Assembly: GCF_001194135.2 (NCBI RefSeq)
Contig: NC_068993.1
Span: 25,071,845-25,135,844 of the forward strand
Length of the DNA stretch: 64,000 nucleotides
Origin: Octopus bimaculoides
Lineage: Eukaryota
Reading direction: 5' to 3'
This document shows, one piece after another, positions 63,540 through 64,000 of this stretch. The first letter of the stretch is position 1. Every line of letters begins with the position of its first letter. Under the pieces are notes generated by a model. That model did no database searches. It worked only from the letters and a program-made list of their open reading frames with translations, and had not been told where the DNA came from. Made by a program: the position numbers and the translations under genes.

Positions 63540-63830
63540 CTGTGTTCACTTCACTGGATGGAAAAAATTGTCTGGAGTAAATATTATTATTATTAATAGT
63601 AAAGAGTATGAAGAGTTGTACATCCACAAAATTTATTTTATAATCTTATACAGCATATTATAATGGCCTACACTTTGAGTTCACTTTGAGGATGACCAAA
63701 TGGATGGACCCTGATGAAGCTACACTGGCAATAATGCAACGTTGCATTTGCTACAATGAGTAGTAGCTGCAGCAGAAACATGTGTAGGTCATTATAATAT
63801 GTGGCATAAGATTATAAAATAAATTTTGTG
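63540..63830 (+). mobile_element. Decayed Penelope-like 3' end carrying the 63707 hammerhead
   Basis: Frameshifted VHFTG...EELYIHK...TAYYNGL resembles a GIY-YIG C-terminus. Confidence 0.45.
63707..63790 (+). ncRNA. Type I hammerhead-like motif with 6-nt insert
   Basis: GACC-CTGATGA-AGCTAC...GTAGCT-gcagca-GAAA-CATGTG-TA^GGTC. Confidence 0.65.
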
Positions 63831-63878
63831 GATGTACAAGTCCCTATACTCTTTATTATTATTATTATTAATAATAAT

Positions 63879-63915
<37 letters not shown>

Positions 63916-64000
63916 ACACTTATTCAGTAACCATGATAAAACTCTGAGTTTCGGATGCCAGGGTGGGAACCCACACGGAGTTTTATCATGGCTACCGAAT

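Overview
AT-rich, repeat-dense animal genomic DNA with ten N gaps. The repeat families suggest an octopus or other coleoid cephalopod (inference from remembered repeat sequences, not a database hit). Two host genes lie head-to-head. COMMD8 is on the minus strand: coding exons 36734-36811, 4863-5024 and 3499-3654, a 31.7 kb first intron, and remaining exons not found (probably left of position 1). A class V P4-ATPase (ATP10 family) is on the plus strand: a clear exon at 40154-40513, a tentative start exon at 39341-39390, and later exons not found (probably beyond 64000). The rest is intronic and filled with decayed RTE LINEs, tRNA-SINEs, mariner/Tc1/piggyBac elements, a Helitron, a Gypsy element, a tandem non-autonomous LTR element and Penelope-like fragments. 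The strongest observations are: (1) four hammerhead ribozyme motifs in the ATP10 intron, one downstream of tRNA-like Pol III boxes in a Penelope 3' end; (2) a PHD finger inserted inside the RT region of the RTE family; (3) a palindromic MITE carrying (TTAGGG)n-(CCCTAA)n; (4) a COMMD8-ATP10 divergent pair matching the human COMMD8-ATP10D arrangement. All calls were made by eye, and coordinates of decayed repeats are approximate.
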